Positions 36,208-45,440 of a stretch of DNA of 64,000 nt are shown one piece after another. The notes under the pieces were generated by a model that had not been told where the DNA came from, ran no database searches, and was given only the letters and a program-made list of their open reading frames with translations. The position numbers and the translations under genes are program-made. Each line of letters opens with the position of its first letter. Position 1 is the stretch's first letter. The DNA lies in IMG/VR virus record IMGVR_UViG_3300021197_001489, positions 248,001 through 312,000 of that record; one strand, 5' to 3'.

Positions 36208-36951
36208 TCACGCTAAGTTAAACACTGTGTCTGGGTTGCTGTTTGCTAGTATTTCTCTAGTACGTTCTGTTTTAAGTCCAGTCATCTGTAGCACTGCTCT
36301 TGGATGACTGCTTGCATTTGCTGTACAGTGTGGCACATTACTCCAATCAAACACATGCACTTCGCCCGCACGCCATTTATCATATATGCAATTGCCATAC
36401 ATATAAAAATGTCCTGGCTTCCAATCATCTAGCATAATAGTGATACGCACTATACGCTCTGGGTCTTCTGGACAACGATCCCACAGTTTGTCAATGTGCA
36501 TGTTAAACATCTGACCAGTCATCTGTATGTGTGCTTGCCACTTGACTAAACTAACACCATCACTGGTTAGCTGAAAGTAGTCCATCATTTTGTAAAGAGT
36601 TGGATAGTCTGACCAGTCTGCAAAACTATTTTTATTGGTAAGCATTATGCCTTTTGGATCACCGCCTGCTTGTGCAATGTCGTACTCTTCTTGGGACAGC
36701 ATGTCAGGATCTTTTTGCTTTTGAGCAAAATGTTTGCGAGTTGCCCAGTTTACAGGATGTGTTGCTTGTACAAGTCTATCACGTTCCTCACGCCAGTCTC
36801 CTTCAAATCTGCCAATTACGTTAAACCAATCGCCTGGACGATCCTCTACAGTGTCATCAAAATGATATTCACTGTGCCTAACAGTCCAATCCCAGCTGCT
36901 AGGATATAAATCTGGATTGTCTAGTTTTGTATTTTTATTCCAGTCTCTCAT
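36208..36951 (-). CDS. 2OG-Fe(II)/aspartyl-beta-hydroxylase-like oxygenase
   Basis: NMHID...PHCTAN; VLQMTG; same architecture as 23304-23828. Confidence 0.75.
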   Translation of the reverse strand: MRDWNKNTKLDNPDLYPSSWDWTVRHSEYHFDDTVEDRPGDWFNVIGRFEGDWREERDRLVQATHPVNWATRKHFAQKQKDPDMLSQEEYDIAQAGGDPKGIMLTNKNSFADWSDYPTLYKMMDYFQLTSDGVSLVKWQAHIQMTGQMFNMHIDKLWDRCPEDPERIVRITIMLDDWKPGHFYMYGNCIYDKWRAGEVHVFDWSNVPHCTANASSHPRAVLQMTGLKTERTREILANSNPDTVFNLA

Positions 36952-37325
36952 TATATGTCTCCTGCTGCTCGCAATACGTCTCGCATGTCTGTTGCACTGA
37001 TATTGTGTACTGTTTCTCCTAAGTTGTGTTTGGTAAAACTATAGCCAACATCACGTCCGTAACTGATATCAACGATGTTAGGTGCTTTCCATACAATATA
37101 ATGTTCAGTGTAATTGTATCCTGCTGCTTGCAAACCGTCTCTTATGCCGTGCCATACCTGCTCGTAATCAAATGGATTATCATTATCAATAGGCATTTCT
37201 CGGACCATTATTAGTACCTGTCCAGTTTTTTCTAATGCCTTAGCAAACAGTGCGGTGTGTCCATCATGCCATGGTTGAAACCTGCCAAGCATCTGTGTTG
37301 TGGGTTTGTTCCAATCAAACATCAC
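36951..37325 (-). CDS. HxGH nucleotidyltransferase (cytidylyltransferase-like)
   Basis: MLGRFQPWHDGH; ISAT.MR. Confidence 0.85.
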   Translation of the reverse strand: MMFDWNKPTTQMLGRFQPWHDGHTALFAKALEKTGQVLIMVREMPIDNDNPFDYEQVWHGIRDGLQAAGYNYTEHYIVWKAPNIVDISYGRDVGYSFTKHNLGETVHNISATDMRDVLRAAGDI

Positions 37326-37510
37326 ATTGACTCAATGTGCTTGATTGTATCGATGCGTATAGTAACTTGCCTGTGCAAATCATCTACAATTGCGTGAACG
37401 TCTTTATCTTTACCGGGGCCTGCTTTAATTAATGCAGACTTTTGCTCAGTAATAAGTGCTAGTATTTCTTTTCTAAGTGCTTCAATTGCAACCTCTTGCC
37501 ACATTTCCAT
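37322..37510 (-). CDS. Small hypothetical protein
   Basis: 62-aa ORF coupled within the operon. Confidence 0.5.
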   Translation of the reverse strand: MEMWQEVAIEALRKEILALITEQKSALIKAGPGKDKDVHAIVDDLHRQVTIRIDTIKHIESM

Positions 37511-37953
37511 TATAGTCTCTCCGTAGGTTTGTTTTGTTGTTTAAGCATGTAATTGGTGACAACCTTTGAAAGTTCTGTGTGCGTATCTTTAAACCAGGAT
37601 GATACGTGATAGTCGTAATAGTCTGGTTTTACAAATATGACATTTGTATCTTCGTATTGACTTTTTTTGATAGTATCCATCCACACTGTATAGTCAGCGT
37701 TAAACCAATCCCTAGCGAGCTGTGTGGGACAAACAAAATCTGCAACTGCAATTTTTCCTGCCATTACTACGCCATCTGCTAGATGACACATTCGCAAAGT
37801 TTGACGTAATCTTCCTTTTATACTGAAGTCCCAGTCATCGTATTGTGTTCGAACAGTATCTGCATTAAGCCATACGCCGCCTATCAGCTCGGCAAAAGGC
37901 TTAGCCAGTGTGCTTTTGCCGCTGCCCGGTAATCCACATATCAATATTTTCAT
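37510..37953 (-). CDS. cysC: Adenylylsulfate (APS) kinase-like P-loop kinase
   Basis: ILICGLPGSGKSTLA, LNAD.VR, D.DFS..GR.RQ, DFVCPT. Confidence 0.8.
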   Translation of the reverse strand: MKILICGLPGSGKSTLAKPFAELIGGVWLNADTVRTQYDDWDFSIKGRLRQTLRMCHLADGVVMAGKIAVADFVCPTQLARDWFNADYTVWMDTIKKSQYEDTNVIFVKPDYYDYHVSSWFKDTHTELSKVVTNYMLKQQNKPTERL

Positions 37954-37971
37954 ATTCAGGCATATCCTTTG

Positions 37972-38649
37972 TTAGAATTTAGTATCTTTTTCAACATGCG
38001 GCTTACTTCCATCAATCATTGTACCTATGTCGTTTCTACGTCTGTCAAGCCAACTGTTTTCTACATAGTGTACATACTTTGCATTTGGATCTTTGTTTAG
38101 TATGTAATGCAGTTTTTCATTGCTGTAGTCAACTGGAATATCAAGTACACTATCTAAACTTTTTACATATTGATGTCTAAACATGTAAAGCAATTCAACA
38201 CTTAGAAAAGTGTGCTTGTATTCCATTAAGTCATCAATCTTATTTAAGTAGTTGTGTAAACTTTCTACACCTCTTTTACGCAGTTGATTTTGTGCAGTAA
38301 TGTTTTGGTCTCTGCCAATAATACCAACTTGTAAGTTGCCTTTTTCATTTAACCTGCGCAATACTTCTGCATAGTCAGGATACTTTGTTTGCCTTACGCC
38401 ATTACTATGATCTTTATCAACATAAGGACCACTAACACTTAGCACATAGTTTTCATGCTCTGTCCAGTCATAGGCGTCAATGTGTTCAGGCGTGTTCCAA
38501 ATATCTTTGTATGGAGCATTATCATGGTTTACCCAGTACTCACGCAACAGTTGATCCCAGCCATGCACATTGCTGTGCATGGATAAGACTTTGCTGAACA
38601 CATGGTTACCAGTGCCTTGTGGGCCACTTATAACTAGTATGTTTGCCAT
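37972..38649 (-). CDS. Sulfotransferase/P-loop-like protein
   Basis: VISGPQGTGNHVFSKVL and IIGRDQN. Confidence 0.5.
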   Translation of the reverse strand: MANILVISGPQGTGNHVFSKVLSMHSNVHGWDQLLREYWVNHDNAPYKDIWNTPEHIDAYDWTEHENYVLSVSGPYVDKDHSNGVRQTKYPDYAEVLRRLNEKGNLQVGIIGRDQNITAQNQLRKRGVESLHNYLNKIDDLMEYKHTFLSVELLYMFRHQYVKSLDSVLDIPVDYSNEKLHYILNKDPNAKYVHYVENSWLDRRRNDIGTMIDGSKPHVEKDTKF

Positions 38650-39707
38650 TATTTTACCAACTCTGGCTTGAAGATTGATTTAAGACCAAATGCTTCTGTG
38701 TTGAACTTTACCAGTGTTTGCAGTGCATCAGCAGTTACAAACTTCATCAGTGTGTTTACTTGTGCATTGCCTGCATCACCTAGCATCCACTCATAGTTGC
38801 CAACTTTCTTTTGAATCTTCTTGATTGACTCAGGATTGGTTGACACCTTTTCAAGTGCTGCCACAAGTTTTGCTCTATTAGGATTGCCTTTGTTTACCCA
38901 CAATGCTTTTTGTAATCCATCTCGGAAACTTTTTACCAGCTTGTATGCATCTGCTAGATCGCCTTTTGGGTCTGCTTTGTACAGGGCAGAAAATTGTGTT
39001 TCCATTTGAATGCCTGGATAGTTTGGATCATCTGCGTGGGTACCGTCTGGCTGTAGAATGCCATGATGGAACCATAAACGTGCTTCACCTTTGTCAATTA
39101 CTGGCTGTACATGCTTTTTGAATGAAGCAGGATTTTCACGAGTGCCATTGAGTTCGCCACGCTTGAATGCAAGACGTCTTTCGTTGCCCTTCATTCCTTT
39201 AATCCAGTTTACCTTTTCGTTGAAGCAACCAACGTATGCTTCTGTGCTAGGTAAATTACCACACTTTAGCAGTGTCATTGCGATACCTTCAGGAACTTTA
39301 CCGCCGCCTCCTGAGAAACTTGTTCTGTCAGCATTGGGATTATGATCGCCATGTACTGCTGTAATAATGTTAAGGTTCATTAGTCCAACTGAATCATAGT
39401 CAGCATAGTTGTAATCCACTGCTTCTTGTAAGAAACTTACACCGTTGCCGCCGTTGGATACCATAATAGTTTTGTCATCAAAACGCAGTTCATTGTGGAA
39501 CTTGTTAAAGCCTGGAATATCCCTTGCACCACGGATGTGCTTGAGAATAATTTTTTCATCCAAGTATTTTTCCATCTCAGTGGCCACAATCTGTGCCCAC
39601 TGACTTGTACCGCCGCCTGGCTTCTGTGGTACAATCATTGTGTAATCAGCAACTGCTGATGTTGTAAAACCTAGCATCAGTGCTAGTGATAATAAAAGTT
39701 TACGCAT
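38649..39707 (-). CDS. tctC: Tripartite tricarboxylate transporter substrate-binding protein (TctC/Bug-like)
   Basis: Signal peptide; MIVPQKPGGGTS; next to tctA. Confidence 0.8.
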   Translation of the reverse strand: MRKLLLSLALMLGFTTSAVADYTMIVPQKPGGGTSQWAQIVATEMEKYLDEKIILKHIRGARDIPGFNKFHNELRFDDKTIMVSNGGNGVSFLQEAVDYNYADYDSVGLMNLNIITAVHGDHNPNADRTSFSGGGGKVPEGIAMTLLKCGNLPSTEAYVGCFNEKVNWIKGMKGNERRLAFKRGELNGTRENPASFKKHVQPVIDKGEARLWFHHGILQPDGTHADDPNYPGIQMETQFSALYKADPKGDLADAYKLVKSFRDGLQKALWVNKGNPNRAKLVAALEKVSTNPESIKKIQKKVGNYEWMLGDAGNAQVNTLMKFVTADALQTLVKFNTEAFGLKSIFKPELVK

Positions 39708-41139
39708 AATCTATTCTTCCTTTTCTCATAATGCTGTATACAAATATTCCAATAATACACACAATTAGTGACATGAATATTGGACGTGTGATTAATGTTT
39801 CCACAGTGTAAAGTCCTGTGATCTGAAATGTTAATCCTTCAACTTTTTCTGCCAGTATGTAACCGATTAACATAGCAGGTCTGCTAAACTTGTAGTGTCG
39901 CATTGTAAATCCTATTACAGAAAATACTGCTAACATTGCAAGGTCTTCCCAACCGCCTGTGTACTGCATTGAAGTAAAAATAATCAATCCTAGTAGCACA
40001 GGAAAATAATATTTGTATGGAACTGCGGCCAGTTTACTAATTGGCTTGATTAAAACCATACAAATCAGTGCAACTACAACTGTGGCACCTAAAAAGCCAA
40101 ATGTCATACTTGCAAATAATTCTGTGTCTTCTGCAATATCTGGCGTGCCCAGTTCGATGCCCAAGTACATAAACAGGCTCATCAATATAGCTGCAAACTT
40201 TGCACCTGGTATGCCAAATATAACTGTGGTAATCATTGATGTTGCCTTTTGTGCATTGTTAGCACCCTCAGGTCCTATCACACCCTTGATGTTGCCATTG
40301 CCAAACTTTTCTTTGGGATTACTGGCAACTGCTTGTCCATACGCCATCCAGTCTGCCATTTGCCCACCTAGTCCAGGCAACAAGCCAATGAACGCACCTA
40401 TAAAGCCACCGCGCAAAGCAAGCCATCTGTTCTCCCAACTTGCTTTCATGCCTGCCCATAGCTCACCATCGCGTATTTCACTGTCAGCAGTGCTGTGCTT
40501 TAAAAACAGCCCTCGTGTTAGTTCAGGAACAGCAAACAGTCCTGCGGCAACTGCCATTATCTGTATACCATCTTCTAAGTAGAACCAATATTGTGCGCCG
40601 AATCTGGCTGCATTATTATCTGGGTTGACACCTACCATGCCTACAAAGATTCCAAAAGCAATAGCAAGGATGGTGCGGAACCAAAACTGGTTGGTTAAAA
40701 ATCCCACAGTGACAAATGCCATTAAAACAAAAGCCCACAGTTCAGGCACACCCAGTATATAGATTAAATTGGTATACCATGGCAACAATAAAAATACCAA
40801 ACACCCCCAAAGCAAACCGTTTACAGTTGATGTTGTTACTGCGGCACTGATAGCATAGCCTGCTCTGCCACGTTGGGCTAGTGGAAAGCCATCAACCATG
40901 GTAGCGGCTGCACTGTTAGCACCGGGTATGCCTAGCAGTATTGCAGTGAAACTGTCACCTGTTGTGCTTGCAGCAACTACTGCCATAAGGAATATTACTC
41001 CCATATATGGCTCGTGTGCAAAGTAGCTAATAAATCCAAACAGTGCAACCAAACCTGTTGTTGCCCCTGCACTGGGAATAATGCCTATAATTAGGCCATA
41101 AAATACTCCGCCGAGCAGATATGTAATCATCTCGATCAT
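39700..41139 (-). CDS. tctA: Tripartite tricarboxylate transporter permease TctA
   Basis: ILLGIPG...AATMVDGFPLA..G, IGLLPGLG, GPEGANNA, FGIPG; about 12 TM helices. Confidence 0.92.
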   Translation of the reverse strand: MIEMITYLLGGVFYGLIIGIIPSAGATTGLVALFGFISYFAHEPYMGVIFLMAVVAASTTGDSFTAILLGIPGANSAAATMVDGFPLAQRGRAGYAISAAVTTSTVNGLLWGCLVFLLLPWYTNLIYILGVPELWAFVLMAFVTVGFLTNQFWFRTILAIAFGIFVGMVGVNPDNNAARFGAQYWFYLEDGIQIMAVAAGLFAVPELTRGLFLKHSTADSEIRDGELWAGMKASWENRWLALRGGFIGAFIGLLPGLGGQMADWMAYGQAVASNPKEKFGNGNIKGVIGPEGANNAQKATSMITTVIFGIPGAKFAAILMSLFMYLGIELGTPDIAEDTELFASMTFGFLGATVVVALICMVLIKPISKLAAVPYKYYFPVLLGLIIFTSMQYTGGWEDLAMLAVFSVIGFTMRHYKFSRPAMLIGYILAEKVEGLTFQITGLYTVETLITRPIFMSLIVCIIGIFVYSIMRKGRIDYA

Positions 41140-41186
41140 ACCGAATCCACCGCCAAAAAGCAGTGCCTTTAAAAAGTTAGGGGGTA

Positions 41187-41225
41187 TTACAAGCGAACTC
41201 TTTTACATTCAGGCGTTGCTTGTAA
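41187..41225 (-). promoter_or_regulatory. 5' stem-loop in the tctA leader
   Basis: TTACAAGC...GCTTGTAA inverted repeat just after CTAAGTA (41237-41243, minus). Confidence 0.45.
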
Positions 41226-41235
41226 GTGTATGCTT

Positions 41236-41916
41236 TTACTTAGTACGCCAAACAAAGTACAGTCGATTTTTATGACTGTCAGTTCTAATATCCAGTATGT
41301 CGACGCCAAGTTGATCGGCACAGTTTACAATAAAGTTAGCGTCCCAAGGATAAAAACTAATCCATGTTGACTCATCTCTATCATGTGGCAAACCTGGATT
41401 AGCACGGAAAAATATTACTGCGCCTGGATTGCATAAACTTACTGCATGTTCAAGTTCAGCAAATATTTTTGAAGTTGATCCAAAGTTGATTGAACCCAAT
41501 GCCATCATTGCGTCATACTTTTCACCTGGATGGTAGTCTAACAACTTAACACAAATATCAGCTGAATCGTTATATGGATCAATGCCAATGAGATTGTGTA
41601 TTTTTCCTTTAAACTCGTGATATCCGCAACCAATGTCTAGCACCTTACGTGGCCTTAGTTGGTTTACTTCGTCAATCAATGCAGGTCCTGAATATTTAAA
41701 TCTTTTAATATGTCCTTGCCATACATTGCGAAAGTAATTGTCCAAGACTAGATCATCAATCTTGTCTACTAATTCACCAATGTTGGTATAACTTACGTCT
41801 TCAACGTCTACATTGAATGTACCACGAATTGCTTGCCGTAGCGTTTCTGGCTTGCGCAGTAGCTTGGGTGAAACATGTATCATGTTTTCCAGTTTATTGA
41901 GTATTTTGTGATTCAT
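41236..41916 (-). CDS. Class I SAM-dependent methyltransferase
   Basis: VLDIGCG, GIDP, YD...ALGSINF, FRANPG. Confidence 0.8.
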   Translation of the reverse strand: MNHKILNKLENMIHVSPKLLRKPETLRQAIRGTFNVDVEDVSYTNIGELVDKIDDLVLDNYFRNVWQGHIKRFKYSGPALIDEVNQLRPRKVLDIGCGYHEFKGKIHNLIGIDPYNDSADICVKLLDYHPGEKYDAMMALGSINFGSTSKIFAELEHAVSLCNPGAVIFFRANPGLPHDRDESTWISFYPWDANFIVNCADQLGVDILDIRTDSHKNRLYFVWRTK

Positions 41917-42781
41917 TTTTTAGTTTCCATTGTTTGTAAAAATAGTCTGCATATATTTTGTTTGCTGCTTGGTTATGATGATAACCGTCACGATTGCAGT
42001 AGAGATCTTTGTAAAGCTCGTATTCGTGTAAAAAATTACCTGGCATATCTGGATGAGGCTCCACGCCTTTGATAAATTCTGCATATGTTGGACAACCTTC
42101 GAATCGCAGATTATTGTAAGAACTTTCTACGGTGTACTTCAATCTATTCTGATCAACAACGGCTACGTGGTCTGCATAATACTGTGGAGGATATGGCAGT
42201 TTATATATTCCCAATTTATTCAAGTCTTTTCTCCAGTTTGTCAACGCTTCGCCTGATTGTGCTTCATATGCATCTGTTAAACGGTGTGTTGCAAAATATA
42301 GAATCTTTTGATTATCTTCTACAGGGTATTGAATAAAATCTTCGCCGTGCAATTTACGATGAAGAAAAACTGACATACGTTCTGCGGTAAACACAGTATA
42401 CATAACAAAAGTATTTTTTACATCAAATAAAGTACAAGCTCTTTCTGCTACCAGCTTTATGGTATCATTGGCGGCGCTATTCATACCCAGATTAATTGTG
42501 GGAATATCAAAATGTTCTGCCAATTGGCTACACCAACTGTGTTCTATCGGCCCGCCAACGTTGACAACAACACTATCTCCTATGCAGATGTTTACAGGCT
42601 TGCCAAGAAATTGTGTATATTCTGGTCCTCTAAAACCCCAACTGTTAAACTGATATTCAAAGTCAGGATACGCATGCCACTCTTCTCTTGTGCGGTTGCA
42701 CCCATCTGGGTTATCCATACTAAATGTTTTAGCTGTAAGGTTGGCCTTACCAACAAAATATTGAAAATCATCAATCAACAT
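41894..42781 (-). CDS. SGNH-like hypothetical protein
   Basis: FNSWGFRG, CIGDS, NLGMNSA, C-terminal RDGYH. Confidence 0.55.
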   Translation of the reverse strand: MLIDDFQYFVGKANLTAKTFSMDNPDGCNRTREEWHAYPDFEYQFNSWGFRGPEYTQFLGKPVNICIGDSVVVNVGGPIEHSWCSQLAEHFDIPTINLGMNSAANDTIKLVAERACTLFDVKNTFVMYTVFTAERMSVFLHRKLHGEDFIQYPVEDNQKILYFATHRLTDAYEAQSGEALTNWRKDLNKLGIYKLPYPPQYYADHVAVVDQNRLKYTVESSYNNLRFEGCPTYAEFIKGVEPHPDMPGNFLHEYELYKDLYCNRDGYHHNQAANKIYADYFYKQWKLKNESQNTQ

Positions 42782-43349
42782 CAGGTCTGTGTGTTCCTAC
42801 AAAAATATCATTATGCTTGTGATGTTGTTTCCATTGTACACTATTCTTCTGTGCAAAGTCAAGTATCAATTTGTTCTGTTCTTGAATACGGTAAGACATT
42901 AAATAATCACTTTCGTACCAGTCATAGTTTGGATATGTAATATCAAAACCGCCTGCTTGCTTCCACCAAAGGAAACTTGGCCAGTCTGGTCTGTAAATCA
43001 ATTGTATCCAAGCAAGTGGATAGGCATCTTGTATTTGTTCAAAGTAGTAGGGCCACTCATGACTCATTAACAGTTTGCATCCACTATTTTCAGTGTAGGG
43101 AGCATCTAAGTTGCTGCGATTTAGACTGCAATCAAACTCCATGCCGGTGCCATAATATGCTTCAGTGTGTCCTATTTTGGAATGGTGTTGGTATGCGCGA
43201 TGTGCTGCACGGTCAGTGCAGTTGTAGTTGTTAGAGCTTTTGATTTCTTTAGCAATACCACTCCAGCGACTGCCCGGCACGCCTGTAAAAAAGATGTACT
43301 CCGGTAATGTCATTTTGGTATAAGTATCCTGTCTATATTTCGAGGACAA
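42771..43349 (-). CDS. Sulfotransferase/P-loop-like protein
   Basis: FFTGVPGSRWSG, LMSHE, LIYRP. Confidence 0.45.
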   Translation of the reverse strand: MSSKYRQDTYTKMTLPEYIFFTGVPGSRWSGIAKEIKSSNNYNCTDRAAHRAYQHHSKIGHTEAYYGTGMEFDCSLNRSNLDAPYTENSGCKLLMSHEWPYYFEQIQDAYPLAWIQLIYRPDWPSFLWWKQAGGFDITYPNYDWYESDYLMSYRIQEQNKLILDFAQKNSVQWKQHHKHNDIFVGTHRPDVD

Positions 43350-43942
43350 ACTGCAACCACTTTGTAATTGTATTCAGTTTCTAATAGTGTAATCGCAATG
43401 TCTTGATTGCGAAAACCAGGTTGTGCTTCGCATACTATTAATGGTTTATACGTTCGAATAGTTTTATCTGCACCTTTGATTATGTCGTATTCGAATCCAT
43501 CAGTATCTATTTTAATATAATCTACATCATTGATATTAAAATCATCCAATGGGTATGTTTTTTCATTATAATCTGGATTACCGAAGAAGCTGTCGGTTCG
43601 TGGGTATTCACATATGGTATTGCCCACACAACATCTAAAGTAAGTTACCTTGTCTTTTCTGATATTACGTGGAAATAGTTTACGAACCCTAGGATCAAAT
43701 CCATACACATGCCCAAAGTGTTCTTGCAAATACCGTGTGTATTCTCCGTCTCTACAACCAATATCTACTGCATTTCTAAAATGTTTTATATAAGGTTGAC
43801 TCAATAACCATGTTAGTTTGCAGTGGTGATTGGGAAACTCCTGTATACCATCTGGGCTATGAAAGAAGTCTCTTGCATACCATTCGCTTTCAAAAATGTA
43901 AGACTCTGGCATAAATGTAGTAGGCTCAATTGGATAGTGCAT
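43310..43942 (-). CDS. FkbM-family methyltransferase
   Basis: AVDIGCRDG, GFDP, LDDF...DYIKIDTDGFE.DIIKGA..TI...KPLI.CE. Confidence 0.85.
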   Translation of the reverse strand: MHYPIEPTTFMPESYIFESEWYARDFFHSPDGIQEFPNHHCKLTWLLSQPYIKHFRNAVDIGCRDGEYTRYLQEHFGHVYGFDPRVRKLFPRNIRKDKVTYFRCCVGNTICEYPRTDSFFGNPDYNEKTYPLDDFNINDVDYIKIDTDGFEYDIIKGADKTIRTYKPLIVCEAQPGFRNQDIAITLLETEYNYKVVAVCPRNIDRILIPK

Positions 43943-44001
43943 GATATTATTAATTATCTATGCATTTTTCAGCGGAAAAATAAAGCCAAATGGCATTATT
44001 C

Positions 44002-44055
44002 GGTTGACCATTAGGATATATGTGTTATACTGTATGTACAGTTAGAAACAAGGAG
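44002..44055 (+). promoter_or_regulatory. Early promoter with conserved leader (copy 2)
   Basis: ggTTGACC-17-TATACT gtatgtacagttagaaacaaggag. Confidence 0.85.
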
Positions 44056-44061
44056 TAGAAC

Positions 44062-44286
44062 ATGTCAAAGATGGCTTCAAATGCAAAGTTCAAGCAGTTT
44101 GTTACAAACCTTAGTGTTGAAGATCAGCACACTGTGATCGAGCGTCAGAGTCGTTTGCTTCCTGCATTTATCATGCAAGAAGTTGCCAGTACTAACAATC
44201 CAAAAGTTATTCGCAAGTTGGAGAGCCGCCTGAAGCAGGTTCGCTTGATGATGAGTTCATTGATTGCAAATGGGAGTGTAGTATAA
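44062..44286 (+). CDS. Early hypothetical protein
   Basis: Follows the leader RBS. Confidence 0.6.
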   Translation: MSKMASNAKFKQFVTNLSVEDQHTVIERQSRLLPAFIMQEVASTNNPKVIRKLESRLKQVRLMMSSLIANGSVV

Positions 44287-44452
44287 TGGTTAAGTTTAGA
44301 ATCGTTACTAAGTTTAAAAATGGTCAGTTGGCTGAAACTGTTCGCGGCACTGAAGAGGGCATGCAAAACGCAGTTGAGGCAATTAGAGCAGACGATCAAG
44401 TTGAGGGCGTTAATGTGTTTGAAGAAGTTTGTATTATACGAGATTTTGTATA

Positions 44453-44749
44453 ATGGAAAAAGGCAACATAGTTTGGCTTGAAGGCAAAAGCCGCCACGGC
44501 AAGAACCGTATTGACCAGCATGGCAATCCTTGGACTGTTAATGCAAAAGGCAAGTTTAGTGGCAATGACGCAGTGCGTATGCGCAGTGAACGTGAAACAT
44601 TCAACATCGGGCAAGGTCGTAAAATACACGACGAACGCTGGGTGTTCTTGAAAGACGATCCTAACTTTTGGGTCAAATGTGATGCAGACGCCATGGAGCG
44701 TTTGTGCGATGCTAACATTCCTACAGATTGGTTGACAAAAGATGTTTAG
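44453..44749 (+). CDS. Hypothetical protein
   Basis: MEKGNIVWLEGKSRHGKNRI..HG..W. Confidence 0.55.
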   Translation: MEKGNIVWLEGKSRHGKNRIDQHGNPWTVNAKGKFSGNDAVRMRSERETFNIGQGRKIHDERWVFLKDDPNFWVKCDADAMERLCDANIPTDWLTKDV

Positions 44750-44872
44750 AAAAATATTGGATTGGTATGAAAGACACGATGGTTTGGAAATACTGGTAAT
44801 GGCATTTTGTATGAGTGTATTTGCATTGGTTATATATACATTCCTTGCAGAAGTAGTTTCGAGGATAGTAGG

Positions 44873-45361
44873 ATGATAAAAGAAGCGTTATTGGGAATCA
44901 CTGTTGCGTTTACTTCACCAGCAGAACATACCTGCCTTGCTAAAAATATCTATTTTGAAGCTCGCAATCAAAGTATTTCTGGCATGATTGCTGTTAGCCA
45001 TGTTGTGCTCAACAGGGTAAAGCATGAGCGTTTTCCTAACACAATCTGCGAAGTTGTAAAGCAAGGTGTTATGAGTCGTTGGTGGAAGAAAACAATGAAT
45101 CGAGATGTGCCTGTGAAAAACATGTGCCAGTTTAGTTGGTTCTGCGATGGACTCAGTGATGCACCAAAAGAACGTGCTGCATGGGAACGTGCGTGGGAAG
45201 TTGCACAAGATGCACATAGTTTGCACTTTATGGATGTTGACCTCAGTGACAACAGCATGTGGTATCATGCTAAAAGTGTTAAGCCACAATGGCGCAGTGA
45301 TTTTGATTATGTGGGGCAAATCGACGACCACTTGTTCTATCGGCAGAAAACGGTCAAATAA
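44873..45361 (+). CDS. Cell wall hydrolase, SleB (Hydrolase_2) family
   Basis: CLAKNIYFEAR, V.LNRV...FPNTIC.VV.Q, CQFSW.CDG, HLFY. Confidence 0.92.
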   Translation: MIKEALLGITVAFTSPAEHTCLAKNIYFEARNQSISGMIAVSHVVLNRVKHERFPNTICEVVKQGVMSRWWKKTMNRDVPVKNMCQFSWFCDGLSDAPKERAAWERAWEVAQDAHSLHFMDVDLSDNSMWYHAKSVKPQWRSDFDYVGQIDDHLFYRQKTVK

Positions 45362-45362
45362 A

Positions 45363-45393
45363 GGTTGACATTGTGTGCGCTTCTGCTACAATG
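45363..45393 (+). promoter_or_regulatory. sigma70-type promoter
   Basis: ggTTGACA-17-TACAAT. Confidence 0.7.
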
Positions 45394-45440
45394 TGTGCAT
45401 GTTGTTGGAAAGAGTTCAGCAACAAAACAAAAAACGGAGA

